Assembly (NCBI RefSeq): GCF_009914755.1
Contig: NC_060934.1
Source: the human T2T-CHM13v2.0 reference genome, Homo sapiens
Length of the DNA: 64,000 nucleotides
Reading direction: 5' to 3' (one strand)
Shown one piece after another: positions 1 through 15,940 of this stretch. The translations under genes and the position numbers were made by a program. Numbering within the stretch: the first letter of the stretch is position 1; every line of letters starts with the position of its first letter. The notes below the pieces were generated by a model. That model was not told the DNA's origin, searched no databases, and worked only from the letters and a program-made list of their open reading frames with translations.

Positions 1-149
1 AAAAATTGAAGAAGACCAAAATAAATGGAAAAATATCCCATAATGACAGTTTGAAAGAATTAATATTCTTAAAATGTTTATACTTCCCAAAGAGATCTAC
101 AGATTTAATCCAATCTTTACCAAAATAGCAATGGCATTCTTCACAGACA
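1..149 (+). mobile_element. Old L1MA-type ORF2 fragment (host element, left part)
   Basis: Degenerate match to the ORF2 segment [21 protein letters not shown]; continues after 6240. Confidence 0.85.
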
Positions 150-431
150 TTTTTTTTTTTTTACATATAGAAATCAAGGTATTTATTTATTTATTTATTT
201 TTTTTTTTTTTTAATTTTTTTTTTAAATTATACTTTAAGTTTTAGGGTACATGTGCACATTGTGCAGGTTAGTTACATATGTATACATGTGCCATGCTGG
301 TGCGCTGCACCCACTAACGTGTCATCTAGCATTAGGTATATCTCCCAATGCTATCCCTCCCCCCTCCCCCGACCCCACCACAGTCCCCAGAGTGTGATAT
401 TCCCCTTCCAGTGTCCATGTGATCTCATTGT

Positions 432-4281
<3,850 letters not shown>

Positions 4282-4317
4282 TTAGTTGATGCAGTTTCTT
4301 CCTAGTCTCGATGGTCT

Positions 4318-5334
4318 TTACATTTTGGCATGATTTTGCAGCGGCTGGTACCGGTTGTTCCTTTCCATGTTTAGCACTTCCTTCAGGAGCTCTTTTAGGG
4401 CAGGCCTGGTGGTGACAAAATCTCTCAGCATTTGCTTGTCTATAAAGTATTTTATTTCTCCTTCACTTATGAAGCTTAGTTTGGCTGGATATGAAATTCT
4501 GGTTTGAAAATTCTTTTCTTTAAGAATGTTGAATATTGGCCCCCACTCTCTTCTGGCTTGTAGGGTTTCTGCTGAGAGATCCGCTGTTAGTCTGATGGGC
4601 TTTCCTTTGAGGGTAACCTGACCTTTCTCTCTGGCTGCCCTTAACATTTTTTCCTTCATTTCAACTTTGGTGAATCTGACAATTATGTGTCTTGGAGTTG
4701 CTCTTCTCGAGGAGTATCTTTGTGGCGTTCTCTGTATTTCCTGAATCTGAACGTTGGCCTGCCTTGCTAGATTGGGGAAGTTCTCCTGGATAATATCCTG
4801 CAGAGTGTTTTCCAACTTGGTTCCATTCTCCACATCACTTTCAGGTACACCAATCAGACGTAGATTTGGTCTTTTCACATAGTCCCATATTTCTTGGAGG
4901 CTTTTCTCATTTCTTTTTATTCTTTTTTCTCTAAACTTCCCTTCTCGCTTCATTTCATTCATTTCATCTTCCATTGCTGATACCCTTTCTTCCAGTTGAT
5001 CGCATCGGCTCCTGAGGCTTCTGCATTCTTCACGTAGTTCTCGAGCCTTGGTTTTCAGCTCCATCAGCTCCTTTAAGCACTTCTCTGTATTGGTTATTCT
5101 AGTTATACATTCTTCTAAATTTTTTTCAAAGTTTTCAACTTCTTTGCCTTTGGTTTGAATGTCCTCCCATAGCTCACAGTAATTTGATCGTCTGAAGCCT
5201 TCTTCTCTCAGCTCGTCAAAATCATTCTCCATCCAGCTTTGTTCCGTTGCTGGTGAGGAACTGCGTTCCTTTGGAGGAGGAGAGGCGCTCTGCGTTTTAG
5301 AGTTTCCAGTTTTTCTGTTCTGTTTTTTCCCCAT
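4318..5334 (-). CDS. L1 ORF1p, intact 338 aa
   Basis: Full-length ORF; REKG, ARR and YPAKLS motifs retained; a few substitutions versus recalled consensus. Confidence 0.95.
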   Translation of the reverse strand: MGKKQNRKTGNSKTQSASPPPKERSSSPATEQSWMENDFDELREEGFRRSNYCELWEDIQTKGKEVENFEKNLEECITRITNTEKCLKELMELKTKARELREECRSLRSRCDQLEERVSAMEDEMNEMKREGKFREKRIKRNEKSLQEIWDYVKRPNLRLIGVPESDVENGTKLENTLQDIIQENFPNLARQANVQIQEIQRTPQRYSSRRATPRHIIVRFTKVEMKEKMLRAAREKGQVTLKGKPIRLTADLSAETLQARREWGPIFNILKEKNFQTRISYPAKLSFISEGEIKYFIDKQMLRDFVTTRPALKELLKEVLNMERNNRYQPLQNHAKM

Positions 5335-6239
5335 CTTTGTGGTTTTATCTACTTTTGGTCTTTGATGATGGTGATGTACAGATGGGTTTTCGGTGTAGAT
5401 GTCCTTTCTGGTTGTTAGTTTTCCTTCTAACAGACAGGACCCTCAGCTGCAGGTCTGTTGGAATACCCTGCCGTGTGAGGTGTCAGTGTGCCCCTGCTGG
5501 GGGGTGCCTCCCAGTTAGGCTGCTCGGGGGTCAGGGGTCAGGGACCCACTTGAGGAGGCAGTCTGCCCGTTCTCAGGTCTCCAGCTGCATGCTGGGAGAA
5601 CCACTGCTCTCTTCAAAGCTGTCAGACAGGGACACTTAAGTCTGCAGAGGTTACTGCTGTCTTTTTGTTTGTCTGTGCCCTGCCCCCAGAGGTGGAGCCT
5701 ACAGAGGCAGGCAGGCCTCCTTGAGCTATGGTGGGCTCCACCCAGTTCGAGCTTCCCGGCTGCTTTATTTACCTAAGCAAGCCTGGGCAATGGCGGGCGC
5801 CCCTCCCCCAGCCTCGTTGCCGCCTTGCAGTTTGATCTCAGACTGCTGTGCCAGCAATCAGCGAGATTCCGTGGGCATAGGACCCTCTGAGCCAGGTGTG
5901 GGATATAGTCTCCTGGTGCGCCGTTTTTTAAGCCGGTCTGAAAAGCGCAATATTCGGGTGGGAGTGACCCGATTTTCCAGGTGCATCCGTCACCCCTTTC
6001 TTTGACTCGGAAAGGGAACTCCCTGACCCCTTGCGCTTCCCAGGTGAGGGAATGCCTCGCCCTGCTTCGGCTCGCGCACGGTGCGCGCACACACTGGCCT
6101 GCGCCCACTGTCTGGCACTCCCTAGTGAGATGAACCCGGTACCTCAGATGGAAATGCAGAAATCACCCGTCTTCTGCGTCGCTCACGCTGGGAGCTGTAG
6201 ACCGGAGCTGTTCCTATTCGGCCATCTTGGCTCCTCCCC
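5335..6239. promoter_or_regulatory. L1 5' UTR: CpG-rich internal sense promoter and antisense promoter, YY1 site intact
   Basis: CpG-rich; CAAGATGGCCG YY1 motif at ~6220-6230. Confidence 0.85.
5790..6005 (+). CDS. L1 ORF0 (antisense 5' UTR ORF), intact 71 aa MAGAPPPASLPP...RHPFL
   Basis: ATG at 5790, stop ending at 6005; matches known primate ORF0. Confidence 0.88.
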   Translation: MAGAPPPASLPPCSLISDCCASNQRDSVGIGPSEPGVGYSLLVRRFLSRSEKRNIRVGVTRFSRCIRHPFL

Positions 6240-7870
6240 ACAGACATTTTTTATTTCAAAAACATTAGTAGACATTTTTCTATGTTGAAAAACCATCTGA
6301 AATTTGTATAGAACAATAAAAGACTCTGAATAGTCAAAGCAATCTTGATCAAAAAGAACAAAGCTAGAGGCATTATACAACTGACTTCACAATACAGTAA
6401 CCAAAACAGCATGGTATTGGAATAAAAACAGCCATATAGGCTAATGAAACAGAATACAAAGCCTAGAAATAAATCTATGAATTTACAGTCAACTGATTTT
6501 CAACATATGTATCAAAAACACATCTTGAGAAAAGGACAGTTTCTTCAATAAATGGGGTCAGGAAAACTGGATATCCATGCACATAAAAATGAAATTAGAC
6601 CCTTATCTCTCACCACATACAAAAATCAACTCAAAATTGACAGAGACTTAAATGTAAGACCAAAACTGTGAAACAATTAGAAGAAAACATAGGGAAAGTG
6701 CTTCATGACATTGGTGTAGGCAAGGATTTTATGGAAAGCCCTGTAAAGTATAGACAACAAAAGCGGTGATAGACAAATAGAATTACATCGAACTAAAAAG
6801 CATCTGCACATCACAGGAAACAATCAACAGAGTGAAGAGACAACCCACAGAATGGGAGAAAATATTTGCAAACTACACATCCAACAAGGGGTTAATATCC
6901 AAAACAGGGAAATAATTCAAATAACTCAAAAAAAAAAAAAAAAGAAATGGGCAAAAGATCTGCATGGACATTTCTCTGAAGAAGACATACAAATGGGCAA
7001 CAGGTATACAAAATAATACTCAACATCACTAATCATCAGGGAAATGCAAATCAAAACCACAATAAAATATCTCACCACAGTTAGAAGGATATAATCAAAA
7101 AGACAAAAGACAATGTGTTGGCAAAAATGTGGGGAAAAGCAGATCCTTTTATACTGTTGTTGGGAATGTTAATTAGTACAACCACTATGGAAAAAAGTAT
7201 GGAGTTTCCCAAAAAAAAATTTTAAAAGAACTACCATATGATCTAAGCAATCCCACTACTGGGTATATATCCAAAGGAAATGAAACCAATATGTTGAAGA
7301 GACATTTTCACTCCCATATGTTTTTGTAGCACTATTCACAATAGTCAAGATACGGAACCAACCTAAGTGTCCATCAGTGGATGAATGGATAAAGAAAATG
7401 TGATCTATATCTACATATATATATATATGAATATATAGATACATAATGGAATACTATTCACCCATAAAAAAGAATAAAATCCTGCCATTTGCAGTAACAG
7501 GGATGAATCTGGTGAATATAATTAAGTAAAATAAGTCAGACATAGAAAGACAAATACTACATGTTCTCACTCGTATGCAGAATCTAAACGAGTTGATACG
7601 ATGGTGGGTATGGGGTGGTTAGGGGGAGGTGGAGATGGGGAGATGTTGGTCAAAGGATACATAATTATAGTCTGGAGTACATTTCAAGAGATCTGTTGAA
7701 CAGCAGGATGACTATAGTTAATGTTATGTAATAGTCAATGTTATGTGCTATCACCACAAAAATAACTATAGAAGTAATGCATTTGTTAATTCACTAGCGT
7801 TAACAGTGTATATATATATTTCAAAAATCATGTTGTACAAGATAAAAGCATAATGTTATCTGTCAAATGA
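6240..7870 (+). mobile_element. Old L1MA-type element, ORF2 end and 3' UTR (host element, right part)
   Basis: Degenerate ORF2 resumes at the [19 protein letters not shown] equivalent; L1MA-like 3' UTR. Confidence 0.88.
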
Positions 7871-9444
7871 ATGTACAAACATTTTTAAGCACCTTCTGGG
7901 TGCCAGGCTATTACTGGGATAAAGAACTGACAACATACCAGTTGAAATCTGTCATAACCTAGTAGGGAAAACAACCAAGAAGACACAAGCAGGCTTACAG
8001 TGATATGTGTGTTCACAGGATGCTAAGTGGGGAAGGGATGTCATTCCAAATGGAAAGCATGAAGAGACGGAAGAGTTTGTCTTCTTCTAATAACTTCAGG
8101 TCACTTAGAATACCTGGATCACAAGGAGCAAGTCAATGTTGTGTGAGGAACAGAAGGAAAACAACTTCCCTAGAAACAGCACAGGCTGATGTTGCACCTA
8201 CATTAGGCCAACCATGAAACATGAAAGCCCCTGCAAAGTTATAAGGTCAGTGTTTCCCAAGGATACCTGCCACTTGGATAAGAATAAATCTAGAAGCCAT
8301 TGATTTGAAAATTATTCTTTATGAGTCTTCTTTCTACTGTCCCAATTTTTCTGCTAAGCATTACTCCCACCATCAACACAGACACATTAAACGACTTGTT
8401 CCCTACCATATCATTTCCTTTAATGTGGACATATACATGCACTTAGGAATGCAGTTTCTGTACTTCCTTCAGAAGGACTCTTCTATTTGAGCTTTTAGCA
8501 TCTTTACTTAAAGTGTGTTCATAGCTCTCCTTTCTGAAGTTGGCCAGTTGAAGTCTGAAGGAAATTTTAACAGATTTGGCACATTTGAGAGCCTGCAACT
8601 GAACAGGTTGAATCGGAATCAGTGTTGCTTTACTCTTAGTCTCTGTTTCAGGTTTAAAGTCTTCAAAATGGCTTTCTACATTTAGTTTTTCAAGATTTTC
8701 TAAGTCACTTAGGCTTTTTCAAAAGCTATATTGTCTAGAACCTCACAGAAGCAACAGATATCTATCCTGCTGCACCTACTCAAGACTCTCCTTGGAAACT
8801 CTTGAAACAGCTTTGCTGACCCACCACCACTTCCTGGTGGACACGGTAAAAACCACTGGTCTCTGTGCTGGTTTGAGAGCCCTTGCAGTTTTAACAAATA
8901 GACAGAGCCCAGCTACTTAATAATCTTCTCGGCACCTCACTCCCAGCTGAATCTGTGGATGTGCAAGACAAATGCCCAGACACCCCAACTCCCTCTTCAA
9001 CTCCCCAGATTTCTTTGGTCAAAGCATCAGCTCTGGGCCCCAGCAGTGCTGTTGAGAATTCAGTTCCAATCCCATCAGAGTAGATGGAATTACAAGATAG
9101 ATTCCACTTGCCTGAGACTCCCAAGCCCAAGTCAAAGGAACACATTTTTAAAATAGCAAATGTAACACATCTCCTGTAACTAACTGTTCCTTGTATAATG
9201 TGGATCCAAGATTGCTCACCAACTTGAGCATTTTCTCCTGGGCATATTCCAGAGTGTCAGAGTCTCTGCTAAGAAAAACAAAAATTTGAGAATGCAATTT
9301 AATTCTCTATTACTGGAGGGCAGAATTTTAAGGGCGTTTCTTTTCTTTCTTTTTTTAATGGAAGAGGCATGGGAGAAAACACGTTTAGCTATGTGCTGGA
9401 CATTTCATATAACATCTTTTAATTGTCATGTAACAACTAAGAAG

Positions 9445-9920
9445 ACAAGGTTAGGCTGTCCATAACAGAGAAAGTCTTTCTGTGTTGATTTATCTCTCTT
9501 GTAAAAAGGGCAAGCAATGAGAAAACAGAAAAACAGTATTCAGGCCCGGGCTGTTTCTTGGATTCCTTAGAGATCAAGCCCCTTTCAGCTCACTATTCTG
9601 CCATCTTTATCAGATGGCCCTTGCCCTCATAATCTGAAGAAGCATTTTCCTTCCAGGTGGCAATTTTGAGAAAGACAAGAAAAAAGAGAGGAAGAAAGAG
9701 AAGTTGCCAGCTGTCTCTCAAGGAAGGTTCTCAGTCGCTGTCACACAACTCTTCTCTCATATCCTATTGTTCAGAACTTTGTCACAGTATCACACCTAAC
9801 TGCAAAGAGCCCAGGAAATGTATTCTTTTGTTTTATGGTCATCAGCTCAACTAAACTTTATCTTACTCTGGAGGAAGGGGAGAAAAGGTATTTAGAGACA
9901 ATCAGCAGGGTCAGTCACAA
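9445..9920. mobile_element. Probable MLT1-type (MaLR) LTR relic, flanked by MIR fragments
   Basis: cacacctaactgcaaagagcccaggaaatgt resembles an MLT1J/K motif; MIR core at 9940-10060. Confidence 0.45.
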
Positions 9921-10199
9921 GTTACAACTCCATGAAGCAGGCATTAATAAACTCATCAAACAAATGAAGAAACCAAGTCCGAAATGTTTCAGTAAGTTGC
10001 TGTAGGTCATACAGCTAGAATGTGCTATAGCCACTACCTAAATTGAAATCTTTTTATACCAACAACTGTTTTATTTCCTCTATTGTCCATACTAAGAGTA
10101 AGAAGTACCCTTCTATAAATACATTCTGTTCGTTGTATTATATCCTTGGCTTTCATATGGTGAACTAAAGTATGTCACCTTTCTCTCATGATTCTCTTT

Positions 10200-10845
10200 A
10201 TACTACCACTAGGCTGGTACAAACTACATCATCTAATTATTGTCATTGCCTATCAATTAGATTCCCTATTCTCATCTTGTCCTACTCCAGTTCATCCTCC
10301 ACACAGCAGAAAGAGTGGGCTTTTAAAAACTCAAGTCTAAAAATTTTACTTCATTGCTTAAACACCCATAATAACTGCACATGACTGTTTAGATAAAGAT
10401 CAATCAACACCATTAATGCAGCTTTCAGGGCTTGCAAGTCGGGCCCTACCCACCTCATCGGTTTCCTGTCGTATGATTCTTCTCCTCCTTCTCCACACTA
10501 CTCTGGATTTCTGTAGACACTCCGTGGTTCCTTCTATCTTGGGGCCTCTCTGATGCTGTTCCCTCTGTCCTGAGTCTCTTTTCCTGATATCTTTGTGTCC
10601 TTCACATTTCAGATTTTGACTCAAGAAAGACCTCTTTGACACCTCAGACTATATCAAGTCCTTCTAGTATATGCTTTCAAAGCACCTTATTTTTCTGGAT
10701 TCTGAACACAATTTATAACTATACATATATTTTAATATAATGTATTTCTATTTCTTCTGCTAATCTGTAAGCTTCCTGAAGAAAGTACCATTTTCCTCAC
10801 AATGGCATCTCCAACATCTGGCAAATAGATGTTTGCTGAAGGAAA
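10200..10845 (+). mobile_element. L2 fragment
   Basis: Pyrimidine-rich L2 3' region ending tgtaagcttcctgaag...atgtttgctgaa. Confidence 0.6.
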
Positions 10846-10880
10846 AAGAAAACAGTTCAATTTATAACCCTTCTAATTTT

Positions 10881-11201
<321 letters not shown>

Positions 11202-11229
11202 TAATTGTGACTGAAATGAGGAATACTGC

Positions 11230-11700
11230 ATGTATCCATTCATCTGTTCAAAATATTTATTGAGCATCTACTGTGCTCTAAGCGCTAGAAATAAAACTGT
11301 GAACAAGACAGACTATGTCCCTGCATTCACCGAGATTACATTCTTAAGGAAAAAAATTGATAGATGACTGGATGGATGGGAAAAAGGGATAAAGAAAAGA
11401 AGAAAGAGAAGGAGAAAAAGAAAACATGAGATTTTGTCAAGTGCTAGGAAGAAAAGTAAAGCAGAATAAGGCAGAAGACTGTTGGAGTGGGACAAGACAT
11501 ACTTAGGCAGGATAGCCAGGGAAGGCTTTGCTAAGGAGGTGATATTTGAATGTAACTAAATTATATTAAAGGGAAACCATGTAAACATATGGAATAAGAG
11601 CATTCAGGTAAATGGAGCAAGGAAAAAGGCTTTGAGATGGAAACAGCCAAAGCACTGTGGCTGGAACAGAGAGAAATCAATACTGAGGTAGAGCACTTCA
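11230..11700 (-). mobile_element. L2 fragment
   Basis: cattcat..aaatatttattgagcatctactgtgct, the reverse complement of the L2 3' end. Confidence 0.7.
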
Positions 11701-11929
11701 ATCTGATGAGATAAATGTAACATATTGATTCCTCAAGAGTAGAAACTAACTTTCAGCTTTAAGTTCTCTATAAATATGGTAAACATGCCATGTACAATGA
11801 TAGACCATGGTGATCCATCATTTTAGTCTACCTCCTAGGTCACTCTCGATTTGAACAATAGTTTGTGTTCAAATAAGTAACTTTTTCTACCAAATGTGTG
11901 AGCAAAGAAATAACAGCAACTTCTTTACT

Positions 11930-14495
11930 ATCTATTCCAGGAAAAAAAAAAGGATAGAACACTTCCTAAATCATTTTATAAAGCTAACATTACATTGATA
12001 CCAAAACCGGAAAAAAAAAGTTTTCAAAGGAAAATTATAGATTCTCTCTCATGAATATAAGTGCAAAAAGTCTTTTTAAAATATGAGCAAATAGCATTCA
12101 GCAATATTTAAGAATTATACACCATGTTCAAGTGGGATTTACCCAAGCATGGCTCAACATGTAAGAATCTATGTAATTCATGATATTAACAGGCTAAAGA
12201 AGAAAAATATAATCATATCAATAGGTGTGGAAGAAACAATGGACACAATTCAACATCCATTCATAATTTAAAACACTTAGAAAAATGAGAGCAAAGGAAA
12301 AGGTGTTCAACTTGATAAGGAGCGTCTACAAAAAACCTAAAGCTAATATACTTAATGGAGAAAAACTGAATGCTTTCACTGTAAAATAAAAAACAAGGCA
12401 AGGGTGTCCGCTCTTATTCAACACAGTGATGAAAGTTCTAGCCAAAGCAAGAAAGCAAGAAATGGAAACAAAATGCAAACAGATTGAAAAGAATTATTTT
12501 AGATCATCTGTACTAGCAAATGACATGATTGGGTACACAGACAATCCCAAGGAATCTACAAAAACACATATGACTAATAAGCTCAGAAAGTTCTTAGGAT
12601 ACAAAATAAACATACAGAAATCATTTGTATTTCTACGTACTAATAATGAGCACCCTATGTTCATGGACTGGAAGACTCAACATAGCAAAGATGTCAATTC
12701 TCCCAAAAATTCATATATAAGTTATATGCAATTCCTAGTAAGATCCCAGCAAGATTTTTTGTATATATAGACAAGATTATTCTAAAATATATATGGAAAA
12801 GCAGAGGAACTAGAAGAGCTAAAACAATTTTGAAAAAAAAAAACAGTCAAGTGAGAGAGAGATCAGTTTATTCAATTTCAAGGGTTATTATATAGCTGCA
12901 GTAATTAAGATTATATTTGGTATTAGTGGAAGGATGGACACAAAAATGGATCCGAATAAAGAACCCAGAAATAGACTCACATGAATATGCCCAACTGATA
13001 TTTGACAAAAGAGCAAAAGCAATGCAATAGAGGAAATATTGCCTTTTCAACAAACGGAGCGAAGGGACAACAATGAACCTTGACCTAAGTCTCACACCTT
13101 ATATAAAAATCAACTCAAAACAAATCACCAACTTAAACGTAAAAAAGAAAAGATGAAATATAAAACATTTAGAAAAATATATGAGAAAATCTTTGAGATC
13201 TAAGGCTAGACAGAATTCTTAGGCTTGATATGAAAAGCACAATCCACAAAATTAAAAATGGACAAATTAGATATCAAAATTTTAAACTTTTTGTTCTTTG
13301 AAATATCTGTTAAGAAGATTAAAAGATAAGCTATAAACTGGAAGACGATATTTGCAAACTACATCTCCAACAAAGGACTAGTAATTAATATACATATATA
13401 TAAAATATATATTTAAACACTCAAAATAATTAAAAAACAATCTAATTAGACAGTGAACAAATGACATGCATAGACATTTCACAAAAGAAGATAAACAATG
13501 GCAAATGAGCTCATGAAACCATATTCAATATCATTAGTCCACAGGCAAATGCAAATTTAAACTACAATAACTTAGATATCACTACATGTCTACCAAAATG
13601 GCTAAAATTTTAAAAAGTAGTGACACCACCAAATACTAATGATGATGCAAAGAAATTAAGTCATTCATACATTGCTGGTGGGAATGTAAAATGGAAAACA
13701 TCTGGAAAATCATTTGGCAGTGTCTTAAAAATTAAATATGCAACTATTATATGACTAACAATTATACTCTTGGGAATGTATCCAAGAGAAATGAAAAATT
13801 TTTGTTTGCACAAAAAAACTATGCCTAAGTATTACAGCAGCCTTATATATAACAGCTAAAACTTGAAAGAAATCCAGATGTCCTCCAGTGGGTGAATAAA
13901 CTGTGGTAGATGACATCATGGAATACTATTCAGTAATAAAAAGAAATGAACTGGCTGAGCCCAGCGGTTCACACCTGTAATCCCATCACTTTGGGAGTCC
14001 AAGGCAGGAGGATTGCTTGAGCCCAGGAGTTTGAGGCTGCAATGGGCCATCTCACCACTGCACTCCAGCCTGGGTGACAGAGCAAGACTCAGCCTTTAAA
14101 AAAAAAAAGACAAAGAAATGAACTATTGATACATGCAACAATTTGGATGATCCTTCGGAGAATTATGCTTAGAGAAAAAGGCCAATCTCAATGTTTACTA
14201 ACTGTACAATTCCATTTATATATCAGCATTGAAATTACAAAACTAGAGAAATGGAGAAGAGATGAATGGTTAAGGATGAAGGGAGGCCAGGAGAGAATTG
14301 GAGTGGCCATGGAGGGTCCACATGAGGGATGCTTATGGTGATGAAAATGTTCTGTATTGTATTTTATTATAGTTTTGCAAGATGTTCTCATTGGAGGAAA
14401 CTGAATGGTACATACAATCTCTCTGTATTGTTTCTTACAAATGAATGTAAATATAAAATTACATCAAAATGAAAAGCTTAATTCAAAAAATTTTA
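11930..14495 (+). mobile_element. Old L1 (L1MC-like) ORF2 remnant and 3' UTR
   Basis: Degenerate ORF2 similarity (ORF 12426..12770 resembles RT) and L1MC-like 3' end. Confidence 0.85.
13953..14111 (+). mobile_element. Monomeric Alu (FRAM-like or collapsed AluJ) in the L1MC
   Basis: ~150 bp + A tail; TSD aaagaaatgaact at 13940-13952 and 14112-14124. Confidence 0.9.
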
Positions 14496-14879
14496 AAATC
14501 AAAGTTTATGCTCAAATCAATGGCTATTTTTCTGGATTGCAGGTTTATCCATTACAATATGTTTAGCAATCCTTCCTCATTCCAACATCTTCAAATATTC
14601 ATCTATATTCTCTTCCTTTTGATTATTTAAATTTTTGCATTTTATTCTTACTTTTACTTTAGTACATGATAATTTTAAAGGCTCTAGCTTGATTTTTTTC
14701 AAACGGAAAATAGTTTCCAAAACTAATTTTTTGTTGATTCATCCATTTTCCACTGGTTTATTATATTTTCTTTATCATATGCTAACTTCTGAAATACACC
14801 AAGAACAATTTTCTTAATCACTCTTACTGTTTATTTTGCTAAATGCACTCCGAATCTCTTTGTCAAGTTCAAAAAAAAT

Positions 14880-15085
14880 TTTACGGTCTAATTTATAATC
14901 CATTAAATGTATAATTAATTATGGAAGGATTAACATATTTACAATATTTAATCTTTCCATTCAAGAATAGGGTTCTCCATTTATTCCTATTCTTTTGTAT
15001 CTCTCAGCAAAGTTTTATAATTTTCTTCATATAGGTCCATTTATTTCTTGCTAGAAATATTCCTAAGTTTTATTGATCTTGTAGC
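14880..15085 (-). mobile_element. Ancient L1M ORF2 fragment
   Basis: Degenerate antisense match to the INIVKM..WKNIP region. Confidence 0.55.
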
Positions 15086-15489
15086 TGTAGTCTTTGTTTC
15101 CATGCAAAGGAGATAGATGTCCAGTTTCCTAGTTTTAATACATTCTGTATTTCTTAAACAAGGGCTAAACAGTGGGGGAGGAAGTAAGGGGTCTCTCTAC
15201 CTACATGTAAGCAATCATTTTTAGAGTACTGATTGTCATTTTCGTCAACTTTGAACTTAGTAGAAACTCCTCCCTGATACTAGCACTAATGTGGTCAGTC
15301 CTACTTTTGGTTTTCTTCTTTCCTATGTCTCCATAGGAACTCTAGTAAGAATTTGTGAGAGGCAACATGGGCACTGACCAAATGTCATTGTGAATTGAAT
15401 TTTTTATTCTCCCATTCTAAGCACAAAGTTTTCAAACAGGTCCCAGCCACCCAAGAGTACTTTTATACTATGTGTATTTTTGCTATATC

Positions 15490-15940
15490 ATTCATAGTGA
15501 TATTTTGGCATGTCAGATATTGCCAAGTGTTTTTGTAAACCCAAGAAACAGTAGATCTATGTCACTCCCAGTGATCTATCAATTCAGTAAAATGCTTTCA
15601 CAAAAGGAGGTCAGGTTAGTTTGTCATGATTTGTCCTTAGTCACTCCGTGTCTTCTAGCAGTCAACACATTCCTTTCAAAGTACTCATAAGACATCTGCT
15701 AAAAATTCATTCTATAATTTGACCAAACTTTGAACAATTTATTAGTCTGTAGTTTCTGGAGTCCACCCTTTTTCAAAACTTGTGACATTTACTTGCCATC
15801 AATCTTCTGGTTCCTCTCTTGTTGTACATAATTTTTTTAAGATTACCAGTGGTGACTCTGATTACACATCTAAATTCCTTCAGCACCCGGGGATGAAACT
15901 TGGCTGCACCAAAAGACATGACCTCATGACAGGAATTAAG
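15490..15940 (-). mobile_element. L3/CR1 LINE RT fragment
   Basis: aggttagtttgtcatgatttgtccttagtcactccgtgt resembles the antisense CR1 QHGF..KSCQTNL segment. Confidence 0.65.

Noticed and set aside
12426-12770. RT-like 114 aa ORF
   Set aside because: Degenerate remnant of old L1 ORF2
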